A DNA stretch of 60,617 nucleotides from an uncultured Lachnospiraceae bacterium (GCA_904420225.1 CAJFUP010000048.1:1-60617); one strand, 5' to 3'. Positions 47,607 to 58,418 are shown, counted from the first letter of the stretch. The notes: generated from the letters alone by a model not told the origin. Numbers and translations: made by a program.

Positions 47607-48755
47607 ATGAAACAGATAGCAATATTGGGATCGACAGGTTCCATCGGCACCCAGACCTTGGAAGTTGTGAGGGCCAATGGAGATATACAGGTGGTATCCC
47701 TGGCGGCGGGCAGCAATATTGTGCGCCTGGAGGAGCAGATTAGAGAGTTTTCTCCCAAAGTAGTCTGCGTATGGCAGGAGGAACAGGCAAGAGAGCTGAA
47801 GCGCAGGGTGGCTGATTTGCCGGTGAAAATAGTATCGGGAATGGAAGGCCTTTTGGAAGCTGCCACCGTGCCAGAGGCAGAGATTGTGGTGACAGCAGTG
47901 GTGGGCATGATCGGAATACGCCCCACCATGGCCGCCATGGAAGCGGGAAAGGATATTGCGTTGGCCAATAAAGAGACGTTGGTGACAGCGGGACATCTTA
48001 TTATGCCTCTGGCCAGAAAACGGAATGTGCGGATTCTGCCGGTGGACAGTGAGCACTCTGCCATTTTTCAGTGCCTCAATGGGGAGGATAAACGGCGGGT
48101 CAGCCGAATTCTTTTGACGGCGTCCGGCGGTCCGTTTCGGGGCAGAACACGGGAACAAATGCGGCACATTGGTGTCGAAGATGCGCTAAAGCATCCCAAT
48201 TGGGCCATGGGCAGAAAGATTACCATCGATTCTTCCACCATGGTCAATAAAGGCCTGGAGGTAATGGAAGCCAGATGGCTGTTTGAGGTGGGCCTGGAGT
48301 CCATTCAGGTGGTGGTTCAGCCGCAGAGTATTATTCATTCCATGGTGGAATTTGTCGATGGAGCTGTCATGGCACAGCTGGGCACGCCGGATATGAAATT
48401 GCCCATCCAGTATGCTTTGTATTATCCTGGCAGACGCCCCCTGGGAGGCGGACGGCTGGATTTTGCCGTTCTTTCTCAAATTACTTTTGAAGCGCCGGAT
48501 ACCGTGAATTTTCCGGGGCTTGCATTGGCATACCGAGTGGGAAAGCAGGGCGGAACGGCTCCCACTGTGTACAATGCGGCCAATGAGATGGCTGTGCGGT
48601 TATTTTTAGAGAAAAAAATTGGATACTTGGAAATTACAGATATCATCGAGGCGGCAGTGGAGGAGATTCCCTTCCGGGAAGATCCTGGACTGGAAGAAAT
48701 CCTGGAGACAGAGCAGATGACATATGAATTTATCAAAGGCAGGTGGAAGGTTTGA
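47607..48755 (+). CDS. dxr: 1-deoxy-D-xylulose 5-phosphate reductoisomerase
   Basis: LGSTGSIG, ALANKETLV, LPVDSEH, HPNWAMG.KITIDS and NKGLE motifs. Confidence 0.98.
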   Translation: MKQIAILGSTGSIGTQTLEVVRANGDIQVVSLAAGSNIVRLEEQIREFSPKVVCVWQEEQARELKRRVADLPVKIVSGMEGLLEAATVPEAEIVVTAVVGMIGIRPTMAAMEAGKDIALANKETLVTAGHLIMPLARKRNVRILPVDSEHSAIFQCLNGEDKRRVSRILLTASGGPFRGRTREQMRHIGVEDALKHPNWAMGRKITIDSSTMVNKGLEVMEARWLFEVGLESIQVVVQPQSIIHSMVEFVDGAVMAQLGTPDMKLPIQYALYYPGRRPLGGGRLDFAVLSQITFEAPDTVNFPGLALAYRVGKQGGTAPTVYNAANEMAVRLFLEKKIGYLEITDIIEAAVEEIPFREDPGLEEILETEQMTYEFIKGRWKV

Positions 48756-49849
48756 TCATATTCAGTATTCTGGCAATTGTACTCATCATTACTCTGGTGA
48801 TTGTTGTCCACGAATTCGGCCATTTCATCATGGCGAAAAAAAACGGAATTGCAGTGATTGAGTTTTCTGTGGGAATGGGACCGCGAATATTCAGCTTCGT
48901 GAAGAATGGGACACGCTATTCTCTAAAATGGATTCCTTTCGGCGGCTCCTGCCAGATGTTGGGAAATGATGAGGGAATCCCAGATGCCGATCAGGATATT
49001 AAAGCAGATGCGGATCACGCTTTTTACAATAAGTCAGTATGGGCCAGAATTTCGGTGTCCGCGGCGGGACCAATTTTTAATTTTCTGCTGGCATTTGTGC
49101 TGGCTGTCCTGGTGGTTTCTCTGGTGGGAGCCAATAAGCCGTATATTCAGCAGATTATAGATGGAAGCGCTGCTCAGCAGGCAGGCCTTCAGGCAGGGGA
49201 TCAAGTGACAGAAATCAATGGAGAGAGCATCCATCTTTATAAAGAGATTATGCTGTATCTTCAGATGCATTCCGGAGAAACTCTGGAAGTGGAGTATATT
49301 CGCGATGGAGAGACACACCATGCCGCCATTACGCCGGTATGGGATGAAGAACAGCAAAAGTATCTCATGGGCATCCAAGGAGTACCGGGATTGTGCTATG
49401 ACGCCAGTGTGGGGGAAATTTTCCAGTATGGATTTTACGAGATGAAGTACAGTATCGTTTCCACAATAAAGTCATTGGGCATGCTGTTTCAGGGGAAGTT
49501 GACTGTGAATGATTTTTCCGGTCCAGTTGGCATGACCACCATGGTCAATGATTTGGTGGAGGATGTCAGTGAGTCCACGCAAGGGGAAGACTTTGGCACG
49601 CGGGCGTTGATGATGTTTGTGAATTTGGCTAATTTTACGCTGCTTCTCAGCGCAAATCTGGGAGTGCTCAATTTACTTCCCATTCCGGGGTTGGATGGAG
49701 GTCAACTTTTATTTTTAATCATTGAGGCCATTAAAGGAAAGCCGGTTTCCAGTCAGAAAGTGGGGCTGATAACCATGGTGGGTTTTATCTGTCTGATGGT
49801 GTTTATGGTATTTGTCCTATTCAATGATGTGAGAAAGATTTTCATGTGA
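48752..49849 (+). CDS. rseP: RIP metalloprotease RseP (site-2 protease with PDZ)
   Basis: HEFGH, AGP..N, PDZ segment and NLLPIPGLDGG motifs; start TTG 48752 (or GTG 48743). Confidence 0.95.
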   Translation: MIIFSILAIVLIITLVIVVHEFGHFIMAKKNGIAVIEFSVGMGPRIFSFVKNGTRYSLKWIPFGGSCQMLGNDEGIPDADQDIKADADHAFYNKSVWARISVSAAGPIFNFLLAFVLAVLVVSLVGANKPYIQQIIDGSAAQQAGLQAGDQVTEINGESIHLYKEIMLYLQMHSGETLEVEYIRDGETHHAAITPVWDEEQQKYLMGIQGVPGLCYDASVGEIFQYGFYEMKYSIVSTIKSLGMLFQGKLTVNDFSGPVGMTTMVNDLVEDVSESTQGEDFGTRALMMFVNLANFTLLLSANLGVLNLLPIPGLDGGQLLFLIIEAIKGKPVSSQKVGLITMVGFICLMVFMVFVLFNDVRKIFM

Positions 49850-49869
49850 TAAGGGAGAGAGGGAGAGTT

Positions 49870-50925
49870 ATGTATCGCGATCATTCGAGAAAGGTAAAAA
49901 TAGGCAGTAAGATCATAGGCGGTGGCAGTCCCATAGCCATTCAGTCCATGACCAACACTAAAACAGAGGATGTGGAGGCTACGGTGGCTCAGATTCACCG
50001 CTTGGAGGACGCGGGCTGCGAAATCGTGCGGTGCGCTGTCCCCACCCTGGAGGCCGCTCAAGCCATAGGGGAGATCAAAAAGCGGATTTTCATTCCCTTG
50101 GTGGCAGATATTCATTTTGATTATCGTCTGGCCATAGCCGCCATGGAAAATGGGGCGGATAAAATACGGATTAATCCGGGCAATATTGGCTCGGCAGACC
50201 GTGTTCGTGCCGTGGTGGAGAAAGCAAAAGAGCGCAATATCCCCATCCGTGTGGGGGTAAACAGCGGTTCGCTGGAAAAACATTTGCTGGAAAAATATCA
50301 CGGTGTTACGGCGGAAGCGCTGGTGGAAAGTGCTCTGGATAAGGTAATGATGATTGAAGACTGCCACTACTACAACTTGGTGATCAGCATTAAATCCTCA
50401 GATGTCATGATGTGTGTGCGCGCCCATGAGCTTCTGGCCCAGAGAACACCTTATCCCATCCATGTGGGAATCACAGAATCCGGAACTCTGATATCTGGAA
50501 ATATCAAATCTGCCATTGGGCTGGCTCTGATTTTGGAGCGGGGAATCGGCGATACGGTTCGCGTTTCCCTGACCGGTGATCCGGTGGAAGAAGTAAAGTC
50601 GGCCAAGATCATTCTCCGTACCATGGGACTGCGAAAAGGCGGTATTGAGGTGATTTCCTGTCCCACCTGCGGGAGGACACAGATTGACCTCATTGGGTTG
50701 GCCAATCAGGTGGAAACCATGGCAGCTGGATTTGACCTGGATATCAAAGTAGCGGTCATGGGATGCCCTGTCAATGGGCCGGGAGAGGCTAGAGAGGCCG
50801 ATATCGGTATTGCCGGCGGAAAAGGCATGGGATTGCTGATAAAAAAAGGAGAAATTATCAAAAAACTTCCTGAGGACCAGCTGATACCGGCCCTGAGGGA
50901 TGAATTGATTCATTGGAGAGGATAA
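49870..50925 (+). CDS. ispG: HMBPP synthase
   Basis: IQSMTNT, VADIHF, RINPGN, IRVGVNSGS and CPTCGR...GCPVNGPGE motifs. Confidence 0.98.
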   Translation: MYRDHSRKVKIGSKIIGGGSPIAIQSMTNTKTEDVEATVAQIHRLEDAGCEIVRCAVPTLEAAQAIGEIKKRIFIPLVADIHFDYRLAIAAMENGADKIRINPGNIGSADRVRAVVEKAKERNIPIRVGVNSGSLEKHLLEKYHGVTAEALVESALDKVMMIEDCHYYNLVISIKSSDVMMCVRAHELLAQRTPYPIHVGITESGTLISGNIKSAIGLALILERGIGDTVRVSLTGDPVEEVKSAKIILRTMGLRKGGIEVISCPTCGRTQIDLIGLANQVETMAAGFDLDIKVAVMGCPVNGPGEAREADIGIAGGKGMGLLIKKGEIIKKLPEDQLIPALRDELIHWRG

Positions 50926-50929
50926 CGAA

Positions 50930-53900
50930 ATGGCAAAGCGCTTTTTTGAGACATTTCCGACTCTGAAACTTGAACAAGAACTAAAAGAGCTTTTGGACCT
51001 GGCGGAAGTGCTTCATATCAATTACACCAGGAATAAAAGCTCTATTCTTATTTATCTGCGTTCACCCAGACTGATGCAGAAAGAGACGGTTTATGCCCTT
51101 GAAGAGGAGATTACACGGCAGCTGTTTGGGAACCATGGGCTTAGAGCCATCATCATTGAGCAGTACGCACTGTCTTCCCAGTATACGCCGGAGAAGCTGT
51201 TTCATGTATATAAGGATAGTATTCTCTTGGAGTTCAAGCGCAGCAGTGACTTGGAGTACAATTTGCTGCGGAAAGCGGAATGGGACTTCGTGGGGGATAA
51301 TGTGTTGAAAATCACCATGGAGGACAGCATGTGGGCCAGAGACCGCAGCTTGGATATGAAGCACCAGCTGGATAAGGTTTTCGGGCAGAGATGCGGGTTT
51401 GATGTGGATATTCGTTTTGATTATACACAGACGAAGCAATCGCGTCTGAGGATGGAAGCAGAAGAGCGGGAAAAGAGGGAAATCCAGCGAGTCCTCTCCG
51501 GCCGTTCCTCCTCCCAGGCAGCGGTCAGCGGCGCCGGAGCCGATTCCCAGGAGCTGCCGTGGGATGCTGAGGAACAAAATCAATCCATGGAACCGCAAAA
51601 AGCGGTTTCCAGTGGCGCGGCAAATTTGGCAGCCGGTTCCCAGGCCAAGGGACGCCAGGGGACACTGAACCGGAAAGGCAGCCGCAATTTCCAGCGAAAA
51701 CTGGTTCGCTCAGACAATCCCAATGTCATTTTTGGGCGAGATTTTGAAGATGATTTCATCAAGATTGAGGAAATCGTGGAAGAGATGGGGGAAGTCACAA
51801 TTCGCGGCAAGGTTCTGGACGTCATCACCAGAGAGCTGCGCAATGGGGAAAAGACCATTGTTTCCTTCCCGGTGACGGATCTGACGGATACTATCATGGT
51901 TAAAATCTTTGTACCCAATGAGAATTTGCCGGATTTGCTGGAGAAGCTGAAAAAGGGATCTTTTGTAACGGTTAAGGGTATGAGCCTGGTGGATAAGTTT
52001 GACAAAGAAGTGGCTATTTCTTCTGTGGTGGGGATCCGAAAAAGTGAGGATTTTACCAGCAAACGGGTGGACAACGCGCCGGTGAAGCGGGTGGAACTGC
52101 ACTGTCACACAAAGGCCAGCGAGATGGATGCGGTGACCGAGGTTAAAGACTTGATTAACCAGGCCAAAGCCTGGGGGCATCAAGCCATGGCTGTGACGGA
52201 TCACGGCTGCGCCTACGCCTTTCCCGACGCGCTCCATGCACTGTCCAAAAACGATCCTTTTAAGGTTATCTATGGGGTGGAGGGCTATCTGGTGGATGAC
52301 CAGAAAGAATGTGTAGTGGATCCGGCGGGGCAGAGTCTGGATGCGGTTTATGTGGTATTTGACATTGAGACCACGGGTTTTAGTCCAGTGAAAAACAAAA
52401 TCATCGAGATCGGCGCCGTGAAGGTGGAGGCGGGAAAGATCGTAGATCGGTTCAGCACGTTTGTGAATCCTGGGGAGCCCATTCCTTTTCACATTGAGCA
52501 TCTCACCGGCATCGACGACAGCATGGTGGTGGGGTGTGATCCCATTGAGAAGGTGCTGCCCCGTTTTCTGGATTTTTGCCGGGGCGCGGTGATGGTGGCC
52601 CATAATGCCTCGTTTGATATGAGCTTTATCATCCACAACGCCGGGGAATTGGGCATGGAGTTTCATCCCACCTATGTGGATACCGTGGGTCTGGCCCGAT
52701 TTCTGCTGCCCAGGCTGAACCGCTATAAGCTGGATACGGTGGCCAAGGAACTGGGTGTGACACTGGAAAATCATCATCGGGCTGTGGACGATGCAGAGGC
52801 CACGGCGGGAATCTTTCAGCGCCTCCTGGAGCGGCTGAAGGCCCAGGGAATGGGGACGGTGGACGATGTGGCAAAAAAGGCCGTTTTGGGTCCGGAGGCC
52901 ATCAAGAAGCTTCCCACATACCATGTGATTGTGCTGGCAGCCAATGAAGTGGGCCGAATCAATTTGTATCGGCTCATCTCCAAGTCCCACATCGATTACT
53001 TCGCCAGAAGGCCCAGAATGCCAAAATCTGAGCTGACCAAATACCGGGAGGGGCTGATCATCGGTTCCGCCTGTGAGTCCGGCGAGCTGTTTCAGGCCGT
53101 TGTGAGGGGAGAGTCAGAGGCCGACCTCGCCAAAATTGTCAGCTTTTATGATTACTTGGAGATTCAGCCCATCGGCAACAACATGTTTATGCTGGAAAAA
53201 GAAGATAGCCCGGCAAAGACGGTGGCAGATCTGGAAGATTATAATAAAAAAATCGTGGCGCTGGGCGAGCAATTTCACAAGCCGGTCTGCGCCACCTGCG
53301 ATGTTCATTTCATGAACCCGGAGGATGAGGTGTACCGCCGTATCATCATGGCGGGAAAGGGATTTGCCGATGCCGACAATCAGGCGCCGCTGTATTTTCG
53401 AACCACCGATGAGATGCTCAAGGAGTTTGCGTATCTGGGCAGTGACAAGGCTTACGAGGTGGTGGTGACCAACACCAATCTCATCGCCGATATGATCGAC
53501 CGCATTGAGCCTGTTCGGCCGGACAAGTGTCCGCCTGTCATTGAGGATTCAGACCGTGACTTGAGGGATATGTGTTATGCCAAAGCCAGGTCCATGTATG
53601 GAGAGCAGCTTCCCAAGATTGTGGAGGACCGCCTGGAAAAGGAGCTGCAGTCCATTATTTCCAATGGGTTTGCCGTAATGTATATCATTGCCCAGAAGCT
53701 GGTGATGAAGTCTCTGACCGACGGATATATGGTGGGGTCCCGGGGATCTGTGGGGTCCTCCTTTGTGGCCACCATGTCCGGTATCACAGAGGTAAATCCC
53801 CTGAGTCCCCATTATTATTGCCCCCACTGCCACTACAGCGATTTCGATTCGGAAGAAGTGAAGCAGTATGCAGGAGGCGCTGGGTGCGATATGCCTGATA

Positions 53901-55426
53901 AGACCTGCCCGGTCTGCGGAGAGCTGCTGAAAAAAGACGGTTTTGACATTCCCTTTGAGACCTTCCTGGGCTTTTACGGCGATAAGGAGCCGGATATTGA
54001 CCTGAACTTTTCCGGCGAATATCAGAGCAAGGCCCATGCGTACACGGAGGTTATCTTTGGAGAAGGACAGACTTTCCGCGCCGGAACCATCGGTACCCTG
54101 GCGGATAAAACGGCGTTTGGCTATGTGAAAAACTACTACGAAGAAAGGGGAATTCACAAGCGAATTTGTGAGATCAACCGCATTGTAGAGGGCTGCACCG
54201 GCGTTCGCCGGACATCCGGCCAGCATCCAGGCGGAATCATCGTGCTGCCCCTGGGAGAGGAGATTTATTCGTTTACACCGGTGCAGCACCCGGCCAATGA
54301 TATGACCACCAACATTATCACCACCCATTTTGATTACCACTCCATCGATCACAATCTGCTGAAGCTGGACATTCTGGGACACGATGATCCCACCATGATC
54401 CGCATGCTGGAGGACCTCACAGGTCAGGATGCCAAGACCTTTCCTCTGGATAGCAAGGAAGTGATGTCTCTGTTTAAGGATACATCCGCTCTGGGAGTGA
54501 CGCCGGAAGAAATCCAGGGTTGCAAATTGGGAGCCTTGGGCATACCGGAGTTTGGAACGGATTTCGCCATGCAGATGCTCATAGATACCAAGCCCCGCTA
54601 TTTCTCCGATCTGGTCCGCATCGCCGGTCTGGCCCACGGTACCGATGTGTGGCTGGGAAATGCCCAGACGCTGATCAAAGAGGGAAAGGCCACCATTTCC
54701 ACGGCCATCTGTACCCGAGATGATATCATGATCTATCTCATCGGCAAGGGCGTGGAAAACGGAATGGCGTTTAAGATCATGGAATCGGTTCGAAAAGGAA
54801 AAGGACTGACGCCTGAGTGGGAGGAGGAGATGAAGAACCACGATGTCCCGGACTGGTACATCTGGTCTTGCAAGAAAATCAAATACATGTTTCCCAAGGC
54901 TCATGCGGCGGCTTATGTAATGATGGCCTGGAGAATTGCCTATTGTAAGGTCTTTTATCCGCTGGCCTATTATGCGGCGTTTTTCAGCATCCGTGCCACT
55001 GGCTTTACGTATGAGCTCATGTGTCTGGGAAAAGAAAAGTTGGAAGCCCACATGGCAGATTACAGAAAGCGAATGGATACGTTGTCTAAAAAGGAACAGG
55101 ATACATACCGGGATATGCGTATTGTCCAGGAAATGTACGCCAGGGGATTTACATTTCTGCCCATCGATGTGTACCGGGCGCAGGCTTCACGGTTTCAGAT
55201 CATTGACGGAAAGCTGATGCCATCATTCAATGCCATAGATGGACTGGGAGAGAAAGCCGCAGAAGCCATTGTGGAAGCCGCCGCCAAGGGACCCTTCCTA
55301 TCCCAGGATGATTTTCGGGAGAGAACCAAGGTCAGCAAGACGGTGGTGGATAAGCTGGTGGAGCTGGGAATTCTCAAGGGGCTGCCGGAGTCCAATCAGT
55401 TGTCACTGTTTGATTTGGTCAGCTGA
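50930..55426 (+). CDS. polC: DNA polymerase III PolC
   Basis: PHP domain ELHCHT, embedded exonuclease VFDIETTG...HHRA.DD, GSRGSVGSS and PDIDLNFS motifs. Confidence 0.98.
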   Translation: MAKRFFETFPTLKLEQELKELLDLAEVLHINYTRNKSSILIYLRSPRLMQKETVYALEEEITRQLFGNHGLRAIIIEQYALSSQYTPEKLFHVYKDSILLEFKRSSDLEYNLLRKAEWDFVGDNVLKITMEDSMWARDRSLDMKHQLDKVFGQRCGFDVDIRFDYTQTKQSRLRMEAEEREKREIQRVLSGRSSSQAAVSGAGADSQELPWDAEEQNQSMEPQKAVSSGAANLAAGSQAKGRQGTLNRKGSRNFQRKLVRSDNPNVIFGRDFEDDFIKIEEIVEEMGEVTIRGKVLDVITRELRNGEKTIVSFPVTDLTDTIMVKIFVPNENLPDLLEKLKKGSFVTVKGMSLVDKFDKEVAISSVVGIRKSEDFTSKRVDNAPVKRVELHCHTKASEMDAVTEVKDLINQAKAWGHQAMAVTDHGCAYAFPDALHALSKNDPFKVIYGVEGYLVDDQKECVVDPAGQSLDAVYVVFDIETTGFSPVKNKIIEIGAVKVEAGKIVDRFSTFVNPGEPIPFHIEHLTGIDDSMVVGCDPIEKVLPRFLDFCRGAVMVAHNASFDMSFIIHNAGELGMEFHPTYVDTVGLARFLLPRLNRYKLDTVAKELGVTLENHHRAVDDAEATAGIFQRLLERLKAQGMGTVDDVAKKAVLGPEAIKKLPTYHVIVLAANEVGRINLYRLISKSHIDYFARRPRMPKSELTKYREGLIIGSACESGELFQAVVRGESEADLAKIVSFYDYLEIQPIGNNMFMLEKEDSPAKTVADLEDYNKKIVALGEQFHKPVCATCDVHFMNPEDEVYRRIIMAGKGFADADNQAPLYFRTTDEMLKEFAYLGSDKAYEVVVTNTNLIADMIDRIEPVRPDKCPPVIEDSDRDLRDMCYAKARSMYGEQLPKIVEDRLEKELQSIISNGFAVMYIIAQKLVMKSLTDGYMVGSRGSVGSSFVATMSGITEVNPLSPHYYCPHCHYSDFDSEEVKQYAGGAGCDMPDKTCPVCGELLKKDGFDIPFETFLGFYGDKEPDIDLNFSGEYQSKAHAYTEVIFGEGQTFRAGTIGTLADKTAFGYVKNYYEERGIHKRICEINRIVEGCTGVRRTSGQHPGGIIVLPLGEEIYSFTPVQHPANDMTTNIITTHFDYHSIDHNLLKLDILGHDDPTMIRMLEDLTGQDAKTFPLDSKEVMSLFKDTSALGVTPEEIQGCKLGALGIPEFGTDFAMQMLIDTKPRYFSDLVRIAGLAHGTDVWLGNAQTLIKEGKATISTAICTRDDIMIYLIGKGVENGMAFKIMESVRKGKGLTPEWEEEMKNHDVPDWYIWSCKKIKYMFPKAHAAAYVMMAWRIAYCKVFYPLAYYAAFFSIRATGFTYELMCLGKEKLEAHMADYRKRMDTLSKKEQDTYRDMRIVQEMYARGFTFLPIDVYRAQASRFQIIDGKLMPSFNAIDGLGEKAAEAIVEAAAKGPFLSQDDFRERTKVSKTVVDKLVELGILKGLPESNQLSLFDLVS

Positions 55427-55458
55427 TGGGAGAGGAATCATTTAGAGGGAGGAGCGCC

Positions 55459-56145
55459 ATGGATAAGATGCATGCCAATGAAGCGAAAGAAACACGCGGG
55501 ACCATCCTACTGTGCCATATTCCCACCGCAGCGCAGATACGGACCATAAAAAGGGAGTTTGGCGTGAAGGAAACGGATCCCGTGGATTTTAAAGCGGAGT
55601 ATGAAAAACAAAAGCAGCTGCTGGAGCAGCAGCAAAAATTGCTGGACAAACTGCTGCAACAAAAAAAGCAGGCAGAGGAACAGGAACAGCGGAAAAGGGA
55701 GCAGGAGCGCCGGGAGAATGAAAAAAGGAAGGAGGAATTGGTTCGGGAGGAGGAGCAGAACAGAAAAAGGCAGATTGTTCCACCGAGCCCGGCAGTTGTG
55801 AAGCAGCTGTCAAAATTGGAAAAAAAGAGGAGGAAAATGGAAAATCAGCTGGCCATGCTGAACAGACAAAAGATTAAGGCATCCAAGTATTTCTTTATTT
55901 TTCTGTTTCTGACATTTCTCTTCGTGCTGGCAATAGGAGTCATAGGAATGCTGGAAATGGGGGAAGAGGGGGAGGCATTGCAGATGATGGCATTTGTCTA
56001 TATGATTGTGTGTGGATTGGCCGCTCTGTTTTCACCCCTTCTTGCAAAACATGGACGGAACACCAATGAACGCCAAAAGGAAAACCTGACCCGGCAGCTG
56101 GAACAGACCAAAGAAGAAATAAAGCGGTATGAAAAAATGCTGTAG
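55459..56145 (+). CDS. Hypothetical coiled-coil protein with two TM helices
   Basis: RBS GGAGG; Q/E/K/R-rich heptads flanking two hydrophobic helices. Confidence 0.7.
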   Translation: MDKMHANEAKETRGTILLCHIPTAAQIRTIKREFGVKETDPVDFKAEYEKQKQLLEQQQKLLDKLLQQKKQAEEQEQRKREQERRENEKRKEELVREEEQNRKRQIVPPSPAVVKQLSKLEKKRRKMENQLAMLNRQKIKASKYFFIFLFLTFLFVLAIGVIGMLEMGEEGEALQMMAFVYMIVCGLAALFSPLLAKHGRNTNERQKENLTRQLEQTKEEIKRYEKML

Positions 56146-56224
56146 ACCTGTGTCATACGAGTGAAGTCTGCCGGGGCAGCGCAAGCAATGCTTCGGCAGG
56201 CGTGACCGAAAAAAGAAAAGGGAC

Positions 56225-56268
56225 TTGACAACCAATGATGGTGTGTTACAATTACTTAGGATACTAAG
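56225..56268 (+). promoter_or_regulatory. marR promoter with overlapping palindromic operator
   Basis: TTGACA 56225-56230, TGtTACAAT 56244-56252, then CTTAG-GATA-CTAAG 56255-56268. Confidence 0.65.
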
Positions 56269-56280
56269 AAAGGAGAGGCC

Positions 56281-56709
56281 ATGATTTCTTTGAAACAGAG
56301 TACCGCCAGAGCCGTGGGAAAACTTTCCAATAAGCTGCGCCGACAGCTGGATATGCTTTCTTCAAGAAAAGAATTCAGCGGTTCGCAGGGAAGAACGCTG
56401 CATTTCCTGCTGGCTCAGACAGAGGATGTTTTTCAAAAGGATATTGAGGAGGAATATGGCATACGTCCGTCTACAGCCTCCCAACTGCTGAAGCAAATGG
56501 AAAAAAACGGACTCATTGTGCGGGAATCGGTATCGTATGACAATCGATTGAAGAAAATTGTTCTGACAGAGAAGGCCCTGAAGTATAAGGGGCAGGTGGT
56601 GGATGACCTGACCAGACTGGAAGAGACGCTGGTTCAGGGGATTTCTCAGGAAGAGCTGAATATGTTTTTCCATGTCATCAGAAAAATGACGGACAATTTG
56701 TCGGAATAA
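56281..56709 (+). CDS. MarR-family transcriptional regulator
   Basis: QKDIEEEYGI..ST...LKQMEKNGLIVR....DNRLK.IVLTEKA winged HTH. Confidence 0.95.
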   Translation: MISLKQSTARAVGKLSNKLRRQLDMLSSRKEFSGSQGRTLHFLLAQTEDVFQKDIEEEYGIRPSTASQLLKQMEKNGLIVRESVSYDNRLKKIVLTEKALKYKGQVVDDLTRLEETLVQGISQEELNMFFHVIRKMTDNLSE

Positions 56710-56764
56710 GTACGGAAGGACTGCATATCATTGCCAATGACAGAGAAGGTTGGGTCTAACCAAA

Positions 56765-56779
56765 TACTTAGGAAACTAA
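56765..56779 (+). promoter_or_regulatory. Second copy of the putative MarR operator upstream of MATE
   Basis: TACTTAGGAAACTAA versus TACTTAGGATACTAA at 56253-56267 (14/15 identical). Confidence 0.6.
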
Positions 56780-56806
56780 TATAATGAGAAGGGGTAAGAA
56801 GAACGT

Positions 56807-58168
56807 ATGGTGGAAGTAAAGAATGACTTTTTGAGAGGCAAACTGTTTCCGATGATTTTGAAATATTCCATTCCGGCGGCTATCTCACTGTTGATTACGG
56901 CTATTTATAACATTGTGGACCGTATTTTTGTGGGTAATTTCAATGGAACCTCTGCGTTGGCCGGTCTGTCCATCTGTTTCCCGCTTTCGTATATGATGAT
57001 GGCGTTCGGACTCACATGCAGTGCCGGCGGAGCTTCGCTGTTTAGTCTGTTTGCTGGAAAAAATCAACAGAGGGACATGAACCGGTCGTTTGGAAATGCT
57101 CTGATTTTGGTAGTGGTGTCAGAGATTGCTCTGACCATTGTGCTGTTGATTTTTACCGATCCTTTGCTTCAAATTTTTGGTGTGACGGAGACCGCGTATC
57201 CATATGCATACGAATACTATCGGATTGTGGCATTGGGATGCCTATTTCAGGGGCTTACACAGGTTTTCTGTGATTTTGTTCGGGTTTCCGGAAAGCCGGT
57301 ACTGGGAATGTGTGTCACCGGAATTGGAGCTGTGACCAACATCATTTTGGACGCTGTTTTTGTGGCGGTGATGGGCTGGGGAGTCGCGGGAGCGGCATGG
57401 GCTACCGTGATTGGACAGTGTCTCTCTGCTCTGTTTGGCGCGTATCTGGTTCTGAAAGGGTACACCAAGGTGGAAGTGAAAAAGGAGACTTTTCGTCTGG
57501 ATTTTGGCCTTTCCCAAAAGATCATATCCTGTGGTTTTGCGTTCTGGATTTCTCAGATGGCCATGGGACTCATCAGTCTGGTTTACAACAGTCAGCTGGG
57601 AAAATACGGCGGCGATACTGCCATCAGTGTATACGCCGTGGTGGCCAGTATCATGACATTTGTCATCATGCCTGCCAGCGGCATCAGCCAGGGAATTCAG
57701 CCCATTGTGGGCAACAATTTCGGTGCGGGGAATCATAAGAGGGTTATGGCTACCCTGTATCAGGCTTCCGGCCTATCGGTGGGGGTCACTTGTCTCATTT
57801 GGCTTGTGGTGCTGCTCTTTCCCAGGGAAATTCTGCTGGCTTTCGGCGCCACGGAGGAAATGTTGGAGATTGGCATCACCGGGCTGCGGATCAATTTCTG
57901 CATTACGCCCATTTTGGGATTTGTCATGCTGGTGACCACTTTTTTTCAGTCTTTGACGAAACCCGTCCCTTCCATTGTCATCACGTTTTTGCGACAAATA
58001 CTATTTTTGGTTCCGTTTATCTATATCTTTCCCATCTGGTGGGAGGTCAATGGGATCTTCATTGCACAGCCCATCAGTGACGCGCTGGCACTGATTGTAT
58101 GCATTGTACTGGTGCTGAGGGAACAGCGGCATCTTTATAAAATGCTTCCGGAGCGTACTGCTTCATAA
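56807..58168 (+). CDS. MATE-family efflux transporter
   Basis: YNIVDRIFVG, NIILD.VF...GVAGAAWATVIGQ and QPIVGNNFGA motifs; about 12 TM. Confidence 0.96.
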   Translation: MVEVKNDFLRGKLFPMILKYSIPAAISLLITAIYNIVDRIFVGNFNGTSALAGLSICFPLSYMMMAFGLTCSAGGASLFSLFAGKNQQRDMNRSFGNALILVVVSEIALTIVLLIFTDPLLQIFGVTETAYPYAYEYYRIVALGCLFQGLTQVFCDFVRVSGKPVLGMCVTGIGAVTNIILDAVFVAVMGWGVAGAAWATVIGQCLSALFGAYLVLKGYTKVEVKKETFRLDFGLSQKIISCGFAFWISQMAMGLISLVYNSQLGKYGGDTAISVYAVVASIMTFVIMPASGISQGIQPIVGNNFGAGNHKRVMATLYQASGLSVGVTCLIWLVVLLFPREILLAFGATEEMLEIGITGLRINFCITPILGFVMLVTTFFQSLTKPVPSIVITFLRQILFLVPFIYIFPIWWEVNGIFIAQPISDALALIVCIVLVLREQRHLYKMLPERTAS

Positions 58169-58347
58169 TTTTTCTGGTAAAAGCGAAATCGCTGCGGTAT
58201 ACCAGCCACAAAGTGGCTGGTATCATCGGCAGTCACCCAATGTACATAAATGTTCATCCCCATGTCCGGGAATCGTCAAGCGGATGCAAAAAACTGAAAA
58301 ATTGCTTGACACATTCCTGACAATATGGTATCCTATAACAGTCGCAT

Positions 58348-58418
58348 AGGGGTATAGTTCAATGGTAGAGCAACGGTCTCCAAAACCGTAAATAGGGGTT
58401 CGAATCCCTTTACCCCTG
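58348..58418 (+). tRNA. tRNA-Trp (CCA)
   Basis: Acceptor AGGGGTA/TACCCCT, D-arm TAGTTCAATGGTAGAGC, anticodon loop CT-CCA-AA, T-loop GTTCGAATC; no encoded CCA end; TTGACA promoter upstream. Confidence 0.96.

Noticed and set aside
50930-55426. Intein or unusual insertion in the long PolC
   Set aside because: Length is explained by normal PolC domains plus a low-complexity linker; no intein terminal motifs or LAGLIDADG blocks seen.
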